NCBI GenBank assembly: GCA_004431415.1
Contig: QPMI01000712.1
Location: 5,685 to 69,684 of the forward strand
Reading direction: 5' to 3'
DNA length: 64,000 nt
Source of the DNA: Cyanophora paradoxa CCMP329
Lineage: Eukaryota; Plantae; Glaucophyta
The position numbers were made by a program, and so were the translations under genes. Below are positions 11,901 to 25,145 of the stretch, in pieces. How positions within the stretch are numbered: position 1 is the first letter of the stretch; every line of letters begins with the position of its first letter. The notes beneath the pieces are model-generated. The model was not told the DNA's origin. It made no database searches and saw only the letters and a list, made by a program, of their open reading frames with translations.

Positions 11901-14900
11901 GGGGCTGCAGCGTCGACCCTGACACAGATAAGAACAAAACCAGGTACGCGTTGCGCCGCGCCTTTGCAATATTGATTGCAATTGCGCGATGCTATTTTCA
12001 CACGCGCTACAATTTATACAATTTCAATTTTTCTACAATTTTTGCACGTGGTCCCCGTCTAAGAAAAAGGGGTACCGCGCGAACAGCTGCAACAAGTACG
12101 GTATGAATGCGAGGGATGTCGACGAGTTCGCCTTTACCAAGCAGGTGCGCCGGCATGCGCCCTGCCCGCTGCGCGTGGACGTTGCCTCCCGCGGCCGCGG
12201 CCGGCACCCTCCTAAAATTCTGCCTTCAGGACATGCTGGTGCTCATCGCGGCCGGGAACGACGTGCGACCCCGCTCTGGACACACACCCCTCTTCGCTCA
12301 CTCGCGCGTGGCCTGCAGGGAGACGGGGGCGCCGCCGAGGGCACCCTCGGAGACGTGCGCGAGCTTGAAATTGCAATCATTTCATTCTCGCCGCGCCGTC
12401 CGGGAATATTATAGAAAATCGAATTCGAGTGAACAGCTGCAGGCGCGATTTCTCGAAAGTTTTGCAATTGTGTGATGCCCGCGCCGCAGCCCGCCACGTG
12501 CAAGAACTGCATCGCCGTCGGCGCTTCCCACAACTCCGTGGAGGCGTGGAAGACCCTCGGCCAGTTCGACGATAAGTACTGTGCGTCCTCTCATCCTCGC
12601 GATCGCCCACCATTTTGTTCATTCTCAGCCTTCTAAGCTTATAATTTCTTCGTTTTGAGCAGATGCGAAATGCGTCAATGAGACCGTCGACTGCTCGACC
12701 ACTACTCTGACGGGATTTGATAAAGGTGTGGCGTGATCATGATATCGAATTCAAAAAGGATGCAGTCCAGTTGCGATATCCCCCTCGGCGACTCACGCAC
12801 CGGGGCGCAGTCCGGTGTTGCGGGGGCCAGTTTGACACAAACGCGTTCAACGAGAGCAATATGGCTTGTGCGCGAACTCCCTATCGCCGCAATGTCGTGC
12901 AGCATTGTTTGCTGCAGCTTAAAATCAATAAGCTTTTTTTTTGTGGGTGTGGCACTGATCATGATTGTTTTCGATGCAGCGTTCTCATCTCGCGGTCCCG
13001 CTCACGATGGGCGCATCAAGGTTCGCGATTTCATTGATCATGATCGTGCCTTGCACTCTTTGTGTATGTCAAACTGAAATTTACTTATAATCACGCAGCC
13101 GGATTTGGTGGTCTGTATAATTTATAAGTATCTATATATTTCTGCGGCTCAATCAGCTCAATCACACGTTTGAACGCGGCTCGCGATCGGTGCGCGTGCG
13201 CAGGCGCCGGGCTTCAAGATCGTGTCGGCGGGCTCGGACCGGAACTGGAAGTGCGTCTCGCCGGCTCCTTCTAATCGCGCGTCGCAAAACTGCAATCGGC
13301 ATCATTCTTATCGTCTCTTCATTTTCGCATTTTCGCCGCAGGTCGAATCAGTGCTCGCCATGTGCGCGCCCGAGGGCTTGTGTTCACGTTGCGCTCATTG
13401 GATCGAGACTCATTCTGAAGCTTGCAACGTTCTGCAGATGGCGCGGGCACGCCAGGCGTCAAACCGGCTCTAATGGCGATGGATGGAACATCGATGGCAA
13501 CCCCGGCGGTGAGCCTTTTTAAAACAGACATGTCGCTTGTTAATCGAACCGGCCTCGAATTCTTTGCAGATGGCGGGCCTCGCCACTCTTGTCCGCCAGT
13601 ACTTTGTTGAGGGGTGCGTGCTGCGCGTGCGTTCGAAGCATCACCACTCATGATAGCATCACCACTCATGATATGACACTGCATCATGATCAGATATTAC
13701 CCAACGGGCTCCAAGGTTCGATTTTCAGAGTCATTTTCGAGCAGATGCACACCGCGCCGTTTAGGCTTTGCGCATGCTATTTCGGGCGATGACATATACA
13801 TCTGCAGACGGCCTCGAACGGATTCTCCCCTTCGAGCACGCTCATCCGCGCGGTCCTGACGAACGGGGCCCGCATGCTCGGGGGAGTGGTCACCGAGGGC
13901 GAGGAGAACTCCGTGCCCATCCCGCTGCAGACCCAGAAACCCGACAAGTGCGCCCGGCGCGCCTCGCGCTCTGCCCGGGGGCGCGCTCAAGTGCACCGCT
14001 CGTGCGCCAGGTACCAGGGGTGGGGGCAGCCCACCGTGGCGCACTCGCTGCGCTTCGCCGATTCCAACTTCTCGTGCGCTCGCGACTTTCGAGCCGTTTA
14101 GGCAATTGCGAATCGCCTGACCACGCCCTCGAATGCCCACGTTTTCCCCCCAGGATGTGGTTCCACGAGAGGAACGTGACGGCCGCGAACCTCGGGGCCG
14201 CCTTCGAGTTCTGCGTCGACCTGACGGGGCAGGACGGCGGGGCCGCCCCCTTCCGCACCACCCTCGTGCGCTCTTCGAGCTGCGTACTTCTAGCTAGTAT
14301 AGAGTGCTGGCGCTCGAGATCTGATCATAGCCATGATCATGACCTCGCGATCGAATGCAGATCTACCTGGACCCCGCCGCTGAAGTGGCAGCAGCGCTGA
14401 CGCTGATCAACAACATGGACCTCACCGTCGAGGTCCGCTGTCCGATCGCCCTCCCCATCCCGCGTTCGCGAATGCACGTAACCTCTTTCCCATGACTAGG
14501 AGCTGCACACGGGCAAGAAGCACTACCCGAACGGCCTGACCGTGCATTCGGATCATGATTTGACCTCTCGGTGCCTCGCAGCTCGATTGATGGCCGGCGG
14601 GTCGCCGCGCGCAGGGGCCTGACAATCTGAACGTCATGGAGCGCATCGGGCTCCCCGCGTCGGCGCGGGGCAAGCACACCGTCGCCGTCAACGTGACGGC
14701 CTTCAACTCCGACCCCGAAGACGGGCCCGCCCTCTTCACCCTCTTCGCCACCGGCAACTTCCCGACCCCCACGGCCGGCCGCTGCGTCGCCACCCCGTCC
14801 CCCTCGCCGTCCCCCTCGCCGTCGCCCATGGCCAGCGGGACCACGCCCTCGCCGAGCCCGAGCCCGAGCCCCTCGCCCTCGCCCCCCGGCGGCGCCGGCA

Positions 14901-15864
14901 CCGGCACCGGCGGCGCCGGCACCGGCGGCGCCGGCGGCGCCACCCCCACACCGGCGGCCCCGATCCCGAGTGAGCCCGCGGCCGCCCGGCCCGCTGCGAG
15001 CGCCGCGCGCGCGACGGCTGACCCCGCGGGGCGCGGCAGCCGCGAAGCCGAAGGCGACGCCGGCGCCGAACGTGGCGCCGGGCGTCAACGCCGTCGAGTT
15101 CGTCGTCACCCTCTTCGAGCTCCCCGGCGGCAAGAACGCCACCGCCGAGAACTTCGACGAGGAAACCGAGGCGCGCGCCCGAGCAGCGCGGCCCCCGGCC
15201 CCGGGCGTCGCTCGCTCCTGCGGCGCCCGCGCTGCCTCAACCGCGCTGCGCAGGAGAACTACATCTCGGGGATGGCGGCCGTGCTGAGCTACCCGCCGCC
15301 GCCCGTCGACAAGGACCGCATCTTCGTGACGGACGTGAAGGAGAAGAGCTCGCGGCGGCGCGGCCTGCGGGCGACCTCCCTCGAGATCACCACCCTCATC
15401 ATCGAGGCGCTCGGCGGAAGCACCGCCGGTCCGCGCCCCGCCCCGCCTCGCGCGCGCCTCGCCGCCATCTCGCCTCCTCGGGGCCTGATCGGGGTCGGGG
15501 TCGGCGGGCGGCGGGCAGCGTCCAAGTCGCTGGCGGCGATCGAGGCGCAGCTGCGGACGCTGGCGGCCTCGGGCGGCCTCGACATCCCCGGCTTCAACGT
15601 CACCGCCTCCACCATCACCCGCGCCCTCGCCCGTGCGCCCCCGGCCGTCGCCACCCCCGGCCCCTCCCTCCCGTCCCCCCCCAGGCCCTCCCCAGTGCCG
15701 CGCGGCCCGCGCCCCCTCTAATTTGCCCGCCAGCGTCCACGGTGGGGTCGGCCGTGCCGTACTGGCCCGCGATGGGAGCAGCGGCGGCGCAGCAGGCGAG
15801 CCCGCTCCTCGCCGGCCTCGCCGCCTTCCTCGCCGCGGCGGCGGCCTTTGCGCTCGGAATGTGA
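8998..15864 (+). CDS. Secreted subtilisin-like serine protease (S8, KP-43/TagC-like), ~30 exons: signal peptide, Ser/Pro linker, C-terminal hydrophobic (GPI-like) tail
   Basis: Signal peptide MARLHSSHGAPVALAVAALLGLLAVALAS. Spliced motifs: GENQIVAVADGSLDFDHCSF (Asp), HGTHVAGT (11216-11239, His), IHTNSWG, LVLIAAGNDG, PATCKNCIAVGA, FSSRGPAHDGRIKPDLVAPG, DGTSMATP (~13484, Ser), QGWG, LINNMDL, NVMERI. (SP)n linker; ends LLAGLAAFLAAAAAFALGM-TGA. Confidence 0.9.
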
Positions 15865-17422
15865 GGCCACGTGCACTGCACTCCGGCTTGACCGCGCGCG
15901 GCGACCCCAGCTTCGCGGTCACCGGTACCCCTCCGGGGGGGCGCGGGGCGCGGGGATACGTATACATCTTTCGATTTCGATTCCGCTAAAATGTGATTGA
16001 GTACTAGTTGGCATTTACAGATTCAGCAATAATGTAGACAGGTAGTAAATGCGAGTGGCGTACTCGTTACGCAATTAAATTCTATCTTGTGCACATGTAT
16101 CGATTATCTTTTACGTGTTTCGAATTTGAATAAATCAGTGGCACGATCTCTATAGCTAGACGTCGACACACTAGCTGCAGCTGCAGGCCGGGGGCACCAG
16201 CGCTAGCATGCATATGCGCACTGCGGGGGCACCAGGAAGAGCCAAGACAAAAATAATAAACGAAGAGAACAATACGAGCTCGAGAGAGCAAGTAGAGACG
16301 CTAGATCTGAGACGACGAGCGCTAGCAAGAAGACAATCTGAGAGGCACGAGAGCCGCTGAGCGAACTTGAGCTTGGGAACCGTTGAATTTCGGAACATCA
16401 TGGCATCGACACCCGGTGACCAAAACTCGAGTTCGAAGGGTACCGTTAGAGACACGGATTTCGCCGAGTCGGGATCCGGAGCCTCGAGCTCCGAGGCTCC
16501 GAGCTCCGAGCTGATCCGATGATCATGATCATGCCATGATGAGGAAGATATAGATAGAGCTATCATAGTGTAGCTGACCACATGACCGTCACGGCGTCGG
16601 ACGTCGACGAACCTAAGGCGAAGAGGAACTTGGAACTTCGGAATTCGAACGACTCGGCGATGCGAATGCTACATAGTAGATTAACCCATGTTCCCCTTGG
16701 AAGAAAATTCCGTTTAGTACTACGGCAGACTCAAACTGCCAGCATTGAGAGCGGTGCGAACAGTCAAAGTCACTGACTGGACTGTGCTCCATGGGTGGTC
16801 CAGCCTGGGCTGCCAACAGTCGTGCCAGCATGTTTGGTAAGTGGGGAACTTGTGAATCGCAGGCCAGTGGTTGAGTTGTCGCTCTCATTGGTATACTCAA
16901 TTCGATATGCACTTGAAGGCTGCCAGTGCTGCCTTGACTCACTGTGGTCACTGAGACAGGCTCCACATGAGAAGGAAAAGTCACTGAGTGATGTATGACT
17001 CTGTGACTTCTTAAAAAAAAGTAGCGGCAGCCGCTGCCCTTGCCAGTGAGCTTGGAAGTATGAAGTGGGAAGATCTGCCACAGAGTGGAGTTTTGTGGCT
17101 GAAATTGGGTATCCGGCAGTTCTGTCAATGGAAAGTCCCTTTTTTTCCTTTTTTCTTCCTGAAGTGCTGTGGTGCACTTGATTGCTCAGTGCCGATTCAG
17201 AACCGGTTCGATTCTTGGCAAACAATAAATAATACATTAAACATCTTGGCATGTACAACAAAAAGAAAAGCATATGTTCCACAATGTACAAACAACAAAA
17301 CAAGACAAAAAACAAAAAAACACAACACTAACACAACGTTCACACATTCACAACAAACAAAACAGAAACTTGCCAAATTGAAATTGAAGAGATTGTACTT
17401 GCATTGTTTGTTTAACATCTAG

Positions 17423-17720
17423 TGTTTTAGGAGGTTTTATACGTCCCAGTAGACCTTAGCAACCTTCCCGTAGCGTACCAGCAGCAGGCGAGCAGGCTGT
17501 CACGTTGCAAGAGAAAGCTGCTAATCACAGACTACTGTGTACCCTAGGACACGGCTACCGGAAAGTATCAAGCTAGAGTCAGAAAAAGTAGCTAGGGTCG
17601 CATCTTCGTACAGGGGTACAGTGACTCAGGAAATCGCGAGAAACCGCGGGTCAAGTCACGGTACTACTGCGAACGAAGTGCGAACGAAGCACTAACGGCT
17701 AGGAAACCCTATCGGCAACA
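17423..17720 (-). repeat. Candidate 3' LTR of the Ty3/gypsy element (~298 bp)
   Basis: Minus strand reads TGTTGCC...CCTAAAACA, preceded by purine-rich GAGGACCTGGAGAGC about 200 bp after the pol stop. Base composition changes at ~17420. The partner LTR is not in the window, so this is unconfirmed. Confidence 0.45.
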
Positions 17721-17928
17721 GCTCTCCAGGTCCTCACAGACGCTTCCACGCGGCTGGATCAGAAGAGATGTAGAGCTGCGCATTTGGTTGAGGGCAAACC
17801 AGGCAGCGGTGATCAGCCGCTGACCCAGCGCCAAGAGAGAATTCCCGAAACTCGCAAGCCACATCCCAGTGAAGGGCACGTCATCGACAACGGAAGTGAA
17901 TCCGGTAAACCGCAGTACGGGCCGTGAT

Positions 17929-20900
17929 TCAAGACTCGTCATCCGTCGTGTCATCATCGGAAAGTGAATCGGGATCAACGGCAGGTGGCGGAGGCACGGG
18001 GACCTCATGATCGGGCGGCACAGGCACGGGGGCCTTGCGAGGGCGACCGGCTTTGCGGGGAGCGAGAACATTGGCAGGACGCTCGTGAAAAGCGATCATG
18101 AGATCAACGTGCATGAGAACCTCGCGCGAGCGATACACCAGTGAAGTGTCATCGCCTCGGACAGTGTACAAAAGACCGTGAGAGTGAACCTCAGTGACAG
18201 TGTAAGGGCCAGTCCAACCATTGCGAGGCCCAGTGCGCTTGACGTTACTGGTCTTCGCGCTGATAATCCAGCACAACACTTTGTCACCAGGCTTGAAAAC
18301 ACGATGCGGCTCACGGCCAGTCACTGCTGAGTGCCATAGCGAAGCAACTTCTTGTTGTAAAGTTTGCGGTGTTCTCGGACGGCAGAGATTTGGTCGCGGG
18401 CGGCTCGAGCGACCGACAAAGCGTAATCGTAGAGAGAAACGGGATCTTCGTGAGGTTCGCGCAGGGTGAGGTCGAGACGAAGATCGCCAGGCAACATCAA
18501 TTCTCGTCCAAAGTGCAGAGCGGCGGGTGAAAAACCAGTGGCAGCGTGAATCGTGGTCCGGAGAGCGAAGAGCACGCGATAATGATAGAAAGGCCAATGG
18601 GAATTGTCCTCCCCGTTCTCATCGCAAAGAGCATACACCAAGCGCTTGTAAATGCCACCAAGCCGCTCAGCACCGCCGTTCGTGGACTGGTGGGACGTGG
18701 GAGCGTAAATCAACCGAGTACCCTGGCGAGTCCAGAATTTGCCCCAGAGACTAGTAGGCGTGAAGACCTTGGCGTTATCCGTGAGATACCGCTTGCAAGG
18801 GCCGTGATTCGCGTACACAGTTTGTGCAGCCCACTCACAGGCACGACCATCAGCCTCCGTCAGCATCAAAATCTCAGGGTACTTGGTAAAAGCGTCGACG
18901 TCAATGTGCACAAGTGTGAAACGGTGAAGTCGACCGTTCTCAGAGGGCGCCATAGGGAAGTGATCGGCTTGACGCAAGTCGCCAGGATGCTCAGACTCGA
19001 TCACAGTGAATTGTGACTTCGGCTTCTTGTGAGCCTTGGCAAACTGACAGTGTCGGCACGTCTTCACGTAGCGATGGACAGCAGTCGTCATGCCCGGCCA
19101 CCAAAACCGTGAGGCGATGCGCCGAGCAACAATGGGGGCACCACGGTGAGCCCAGTCATCGTGGTAAGCGTGAACAATCTTCTCCCGCCACTCTGGGGTA
19201 CAACGATCTGAGGCCGCATAGTGGGGAGCAAGGGCAACCGCAGTACGGTATCTTGCTCATCGATCGTGTACTGAGTAGCTTCACGAGCGAAGCGATCGCG
19301 TGCAGACTTGCAGAGAATGCAGCTCCCAAGCACCTCCGGGTCACGTTCACCAGCAGTGTAGTGGGAGTGACAGCGCGCCAGGTTCTCCTTCTCGCGAAGA
19401 AGTGCGAACACCATCTGGCAAAGAGGGTCACGAGCCTGAGCCATGATGACCGCGGTCCCATCGGAAACAAGTTCACGGATCGTCGGTGGCGGAGGAACGT
19501 CAACGAGGGGCGGGGGCCCTCGCTCCAGGTGTCCATGACAACGGTGCCACGCGGCAAGCGAACGTGTGTCGGCTCATTCTGGGCGCCTTCACCTTCGTCC
19601 AGCGGGGCGATAGCGCTGCTAGAAGTGGGATCAGGTCGCGGACGACCGAGGTCACGTTCTTGCTGCAGGAAGTGCATGTACTCTTCCTCGTCAGCAACGT
19701 CGAGATGCGACGGGGGCGCAATGGCATATCGAGACTGCCGTGAATTCTTGCCCTTGGGAGGCTTCACCCGCGGTACGGGGCATGCCTTGGCGTTCAGCGC
19801 CTTGCGGGATTGTCGCCGTCTGCGCCGCTCCTCCGGGGTTCGGTTCCGAACAGAGGGCAGGGTACGAGCGCGTCGATCTCAGACGGGGTACGGCCCATCT
19901 CTGCCAGTTGGCGTCGCCGTTCGAGCGTCGTCGCCGTCCTTTCCCGCGAGGCTTCGTGCAGATCTCGGGCCGCACGCGAACGTCTGTCGCGATCACTGGC
20001 GAGGCGGTCAGCGTAGTCCTTTTCAAGCCGTCGCTGGTATTGGCGCGGGACACTCCAAGCCGTGCTCCGTCTTGAGTTCGACGTTCCGTCGGACGCCGAG
20101 GACTGCGAAGATTGGCCGTCATCCGTGAGGGCCCGGCGTCGTGCCCGTTCCACAGAGTCGCGTAGCGTGCGGTCAGCTGCTTGACGATCGAAGCCTCGCA
20201 AAGATGGACGGGGTAGCGACGGCTCGCTCTCCTCGTCTGTACCCCTCCCCTCCTTCCGGTGACTGAGACCGAGGCCTCCGGGCCGAGCTCTCCCGTCCTC
20301 GAGCTTGAAGCCCGTCAGCGGAGCTCTCCTGTCCTCGAACTTGAAGTCGGCGGCGGCGACCCTCGGCCGGTAGCCAGGCCGCGCCGTCGAGTGTATGCTC
20401 GAGGTTCGTCACCCGCGGCGTCGCCGTGCAGGAGGGGCCGTCGCGCCCGCCTCGTCTGCCGCTGCGGCCGGTGCAGGCGTGTCAACTTCCATGGGTACGA
20501 CGTCGGGGCAGAGAGGGCGCCGTTCTCGTGGAGCCGTTCCAGCGTGATCTGGGACTCCACGTCTTCCAGGCCGCCGTTCTCGACGATGTCACGCACTCGC
20601 TGAGTGTCGGGCGTCAACGACCTTGGACGTCGCCGTGAAGTCTGAGGGTCGTCGCGGTCTCGGCGCGGTGGCGCCGGGCAAGGTGCTCGGGTCGCGTGGT
20701 GGCGCGGCGTCTATCCCCAGTAGGGATCCACGCCGGCCCGTCCAGAGTATGTTGCAGGGCCGAGGAGGTGCGGTGGATGGCGACGCGGTAGAGTTCGCGT
20801 GGATCGTCGTAGTCTCCCGCATCGGGCACACCGAACCCGTGAGCGCCGTCTGGTATCGAAGTCGTGATGTCAGTGCCGTCAGCGCCGCCAGGCTTGTACA

Positions 20901-23732
20901 CTGCGTGCGTCTCCGCAAGGCGAGAGCAGCAGTCCGCAACGACGTTCGACCGCCCGTTGCGGTACTCGATAGTGTAGTTGTAGTGGTTGAGGGCAATGGC
21001 CGCGCGCCCAAGCGTCTTGTTGTTCGCCAGCTCCTGTGTCTTCAACCATTGCAACGCCGAATGATCCGTGCGGATCGTGAACGGGTGGCCGCAGACGAAG
21101 TAGTGGTGCCAGACCTTAACCGCCCAGAGTACCGCAATGCATTCGCCCTCCGTTGGTGATTGGTACTTGCGCTCCATGTTTGTCAGAGTACGACTGATGA
21201 ATGCGATCGGGCGCTCGCGGCCGTCCTTGTCCTCCTGCATGAGCACCGCTCCCATGGCCCGTTTGCTCCAGTCCGTGTAAATGATGAACGGCTTCGTGAA
21301 GTCGGCAGCATCAGCACAATGTCCTCGCACATCGCCTTCTTGAGGTCGTCCAACGCAGCGAGAGCCTCGTCATTCCACACCAAGTTGAGCCGGTCGGCTC
21401 GTAGTGCGTCCGTGAGGAGGTCTCGCAGGGAAAGTTCCCGTCGCGCGTAACTCTGTACGAAGCGCCGGTAGAAGCCCGTGAGGCCGAGGAAACTGCGGAG
21501 TTGCTCGACAGTCTGGAGTTCGTTCGCCGTGATCTTGGAGATGATCTCAACCTTCTTGGGTCCATGCGAATGCCGTCGCTGCTGACACGGAATCCGAGCA
21601 GCTCGACTTCCCGCACCATGAAACGACATTTGCTGGGCTTGAGTTTGAGGTTACCGCGGTCGATCGCAGCGAAGAAGGCCTCCAGGTCGAGAAGGTGTTG
21701 TTTGACGTTCGGCGAGTGGACCGTGAGGTCATCGACGTACGCCACGACGCAGGTGGACAAAAGGTTGCCCAAAATTGACGTCACGGCTCGACAGAACGCC
21801 GCTGGGCCGTTCGTGATACCAAAAGGGTCACTTTCCACCTGTACATTCCCCAGGGACGATGAATGTCGTCAGGTCACGTGACTCCTCGTCGAGTTCCAAC
21901 TGCCAGAAACCCGACGTTGCGTCGCCAGTCGAGAACGTGGACGCACCCTGTAGGCGCTCCAATTGGTCCTCAATGCGTGGCAACGGGAAGACATCACGTT
22001 CCGTGAGGGAATTGAGCTTCCTGTAGTCGACGCAGAATCGCATCGTGCCATCCTTCTTCGGTGCCAGCACCACGGGGCTGCCGAAACCAGCTTGCGAAGG
22101 CTCGATGAGACCGTCGCGTAGCAGCTTCTCGATTTCCGCCTTCGCAGCCTTCTCCGCAGGCGGAGAGAGCCGGCGAGGGACGGTGTACAGCGGGAGGTGC
22201 TTGGCGGGGACGCCGGGCAGAAGTCGGATGCTGTGCTTGTACTTCAGGAGCTCGCGTGGATTGATGTTCTGGGCGAAGCAGTGCTGGCGTTGCGTGAGAA
22301 GGTTCTGGAGTTGAGTGCGATCCTCGGGAAGGGCGTCGGGGTTCGACTCCGATGGTTTCAACAGGGCGTCCACCATCGCCTTGATGGTCTCGGGCGATGG
22401 CTTTGTAGGAGGCGCAGTGTCACTCGACGGGGGCTCCATTCGAGCGTCGGCATTGACGGACGCGATGGGCACCGTGGGGCCGACTGCGGGGCAACCAGCA
22501 TCGGCTCGGAGTCGAAGCGGGCGAAGTGAGGCTCGAAGAAGCTGGCCAGCTCCATGAGCTCCTTGTCGTTGAAGTGATCGCCGGTTCGAGCAGTGTAAGG
22601 GGTGACGACACGTGCGACGTACGACATGAGACGCTCGCTGGCCTCGTGGGATAGCGGGATGTCGGCAGCAGCATCGACGGAGCCAACATGCGCCGCCTCG
22701 CCCTCCTTGCAGTTGGGTTCGGGCGGTCGTCGGTGGTAGACCTCCGGGTAGAGGCGTCGGGCTCGGGAGATGTAGCGCCGTGGTTGCGAGCGTCGGGGTA
22801 CGACAACAGGCTTGAAGTTCTCATAGATTTGCGCGGCTACGGAAGAGATCGGGAATGTCAGTTGTTGTTGAGGTGTCCAGGAGCTGTAACACCCCTTGGG
22901 TAGGTCTCGACATTCTCGTGTGGACGGAATTCGGACTCCGGCCAAGTCCCGAATTCAGTCTCCGCAATCACAGTTCCGGCTCGCAGGCGGACAGGCCGCC
23001 TGTGAGGGTTGCAGATCTGCACGAAAAACGTGCCGTGTGCTGGGTTGCGGTGAATTTGGTATGGCACCAAGAATTCGACTTCGTCGGCTCCGTCGAAGCC
23101 GTCGTCGTCGAGGAGGAGTGGTGGCGGAGTGAGGAGGACTTCCGGTGCGCCGAGAGTCGTGTTCGAAGTCGTTTGTGGCATGTAACATCGAACGAGCGAT
23201 TCACCCGGCCGTACAGTGATGTCCTTCGCCAATCGGACCAGAACGCCGCCGTCGTGCTGGCCCGCAGCCGAAAAGGGACGTGGAATCGTTCGCCATCCGA
23301 GGAGTCAGGCGACGTGATCGTCATTCCCCAATTTGCTGGGTCGAGCACGATGTGAGCGTTGAGCGCCACCAGCGTTGTGAGGCCGAGTAGCATTGGAGTG
23401 TTGCCCATGAGACCAGGCGCGACGACGAGGACCTTCCGCGGAATTGTGACCGGACCAACCTTAATTGCAATGAATGCGATGCGCGCATAGGCAGTCATGT
23501 CCGTTCCAAAGCCGGTGAGGTGCACGCGCGGAGCGTTGCTGTAGCGAAGGCCTGGCAGTTTGTCGGCGATACTGCCGTCGAGTACGTCCGCAGCGGCTCC
23601 TGTATCCACCAATGCCTTGGTGAGGAGGTATTGAAGGACTTGTCGTCGGTGATCGATAGCGGCGATGTGCAAGTTGACGCAGATTCGGCCGTCGTTGATG
23701 CGCTCTCTGAGCGTGCGGTTCGTGTCCGTCAT
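17929..23732 (-). CDS. pol: Ty3/gypsy pol: aspartic protease, dUTPase-like remnant, RT, RNase H, long linker, integrase (frameshifts probably sequencing errors)
   Basis: PR LVDTGAAADVL; RT SPVVLAPKKDGTMRFCVDYRKLN, DATSGFWQ, PFGITNGPAAF, YVDD; RH YTDWSKRAMGAVL..E..TDHSALQWL..ADCCSR; IN H..H/CRHC, ADHF, TDNAKVF, NGGAER, GPY, then RKAGRPRK; stop at 17929. Confidence 0.92.
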
Positions 23733-25145
23733 TCGCGCAATGGGGTGTGGTACTGACGGGCCGCCGTCGCCGAAGAGGGGAACGTCAAGGGGTCCTCGAC
23801 GTCGTCAAATCCCAACATGCGTGCCGCGCAGACGCGAAGCGAGGCGAGGTAGCTCTGCTCATACGGTGTGCACGGTGTCGAACCGGAGATGACGCTGGCT
23901 GGCGGGAGCGGTGCCGTCCGCTTGAGGCGAGGTCGCTTCCGCGTGGTTGTCCGCCTGTGCACGTTCATGAGGACGTCCGTCGCGGCGAATGGGCGTGCCC
24001 TGCAGGGAGCTGCCGACAGACGCAGCGGGGGCCGGTGATTGCGCATTGTGGCTGAAAAGTATCCGACGCCAAGGATGGGCTTGCAGTCGGCGTTTGCGAG
24101 CTTGTTGAGGTGGCGGTTGCTGGGCCAGCCATAGTGAATCTCGTTGATCGCGTCAACTTCGGTCCCCGCTGCGCCATCCCGTCGTTCAGCCGGCCGGTAG
24201 CCAGGCCCTCCGGGGATCGGAACGGGATGGCTTCGCGGTGGCGCGAGAGAGACGCCCGGAGATATTTGACGAGTTGGGGCCAAGCGTGGCGGAGGCGCGT
24301 GTCGCGTTGGAGTACGTGCCGCTCGTAGAAACGTGTCCGTTGAGCGTCATGACTACGGAAGTCATTGTGGAGGACCACGTCCCACGCCGCGAGGCCGATT
24401 GAATTGAGGATGAAGGCCGCCCGAGTGAACAAGGCGCGAGTGAAAGCGAGGTCGGCTGACAGGCCCTGAGAGGTTGTGAAATCCCACCGAAAGTTCTCGA
24501 TCTCGTGGAGCGTCTCCAGGATTGCGTGGGCGTTGAGTTGGTGAGACCGCTGAAGCGGCGACCAGTCGTACAAGTGATAACTGGCAGCGAATTCAGGGTC
24601 CTCGAAGGCACGGTGTCGCGCGGACGTGATCCGCTCGTAGTCCGGTCCCCGTCCAGAGTAGAGGAGCCAGCAGCCCATCGTGAGATCCGTCGACGTCCTG
24701 GGATTAGTGAGGTCGTTGTATGCGATCGTGTACGTGTGCTGCCGTGTGAGCGGTCCAAGGAGGCCGTGGGGGCGAACGCGGACGACTGCACGCGCGAGGC
24801 TAGGCTCGGCGTCCCGGCCGACGGGGTCTCCGATGGAGCTACGGACTCGGCGGTGGAGCCACCACTGTCCGAGCTGGAGTCGTCGCCGTCAGAGGTTCCC
24901 GTCGTCTCGGTCCCCGTAGGACTACGACGCGGAGGCCTGTTACTGCCAGATGGCTTGAAGACAACACCCTGGATGTGACCGAAGCGTGCCAGTCCCGTCG
25001 GCTCGTTGGTGCGCAGATCCTTGAAGTCGGTCGACCAGACGACGAAGGGTCGGACAAAGGGCTTGCGCGCAATCCCAGGGTTCCGACGAATGTACTCGTC
25101 CGTGCCCACGAGCTTGATCTTGCCGTCGAGGCGCGGGTCCCAAAT
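23733..25145 (-). CDS. C-terminal part of the gypsy pre-protease (gag-position) ORF, unknown function
   Basis: Chain of overlapping ORFs 24186-25160, 23965-24678 and 23729-24283. The first codon ATT (25145-25143) is in frame with TAC (52260-52258). Confidence 0.6.
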
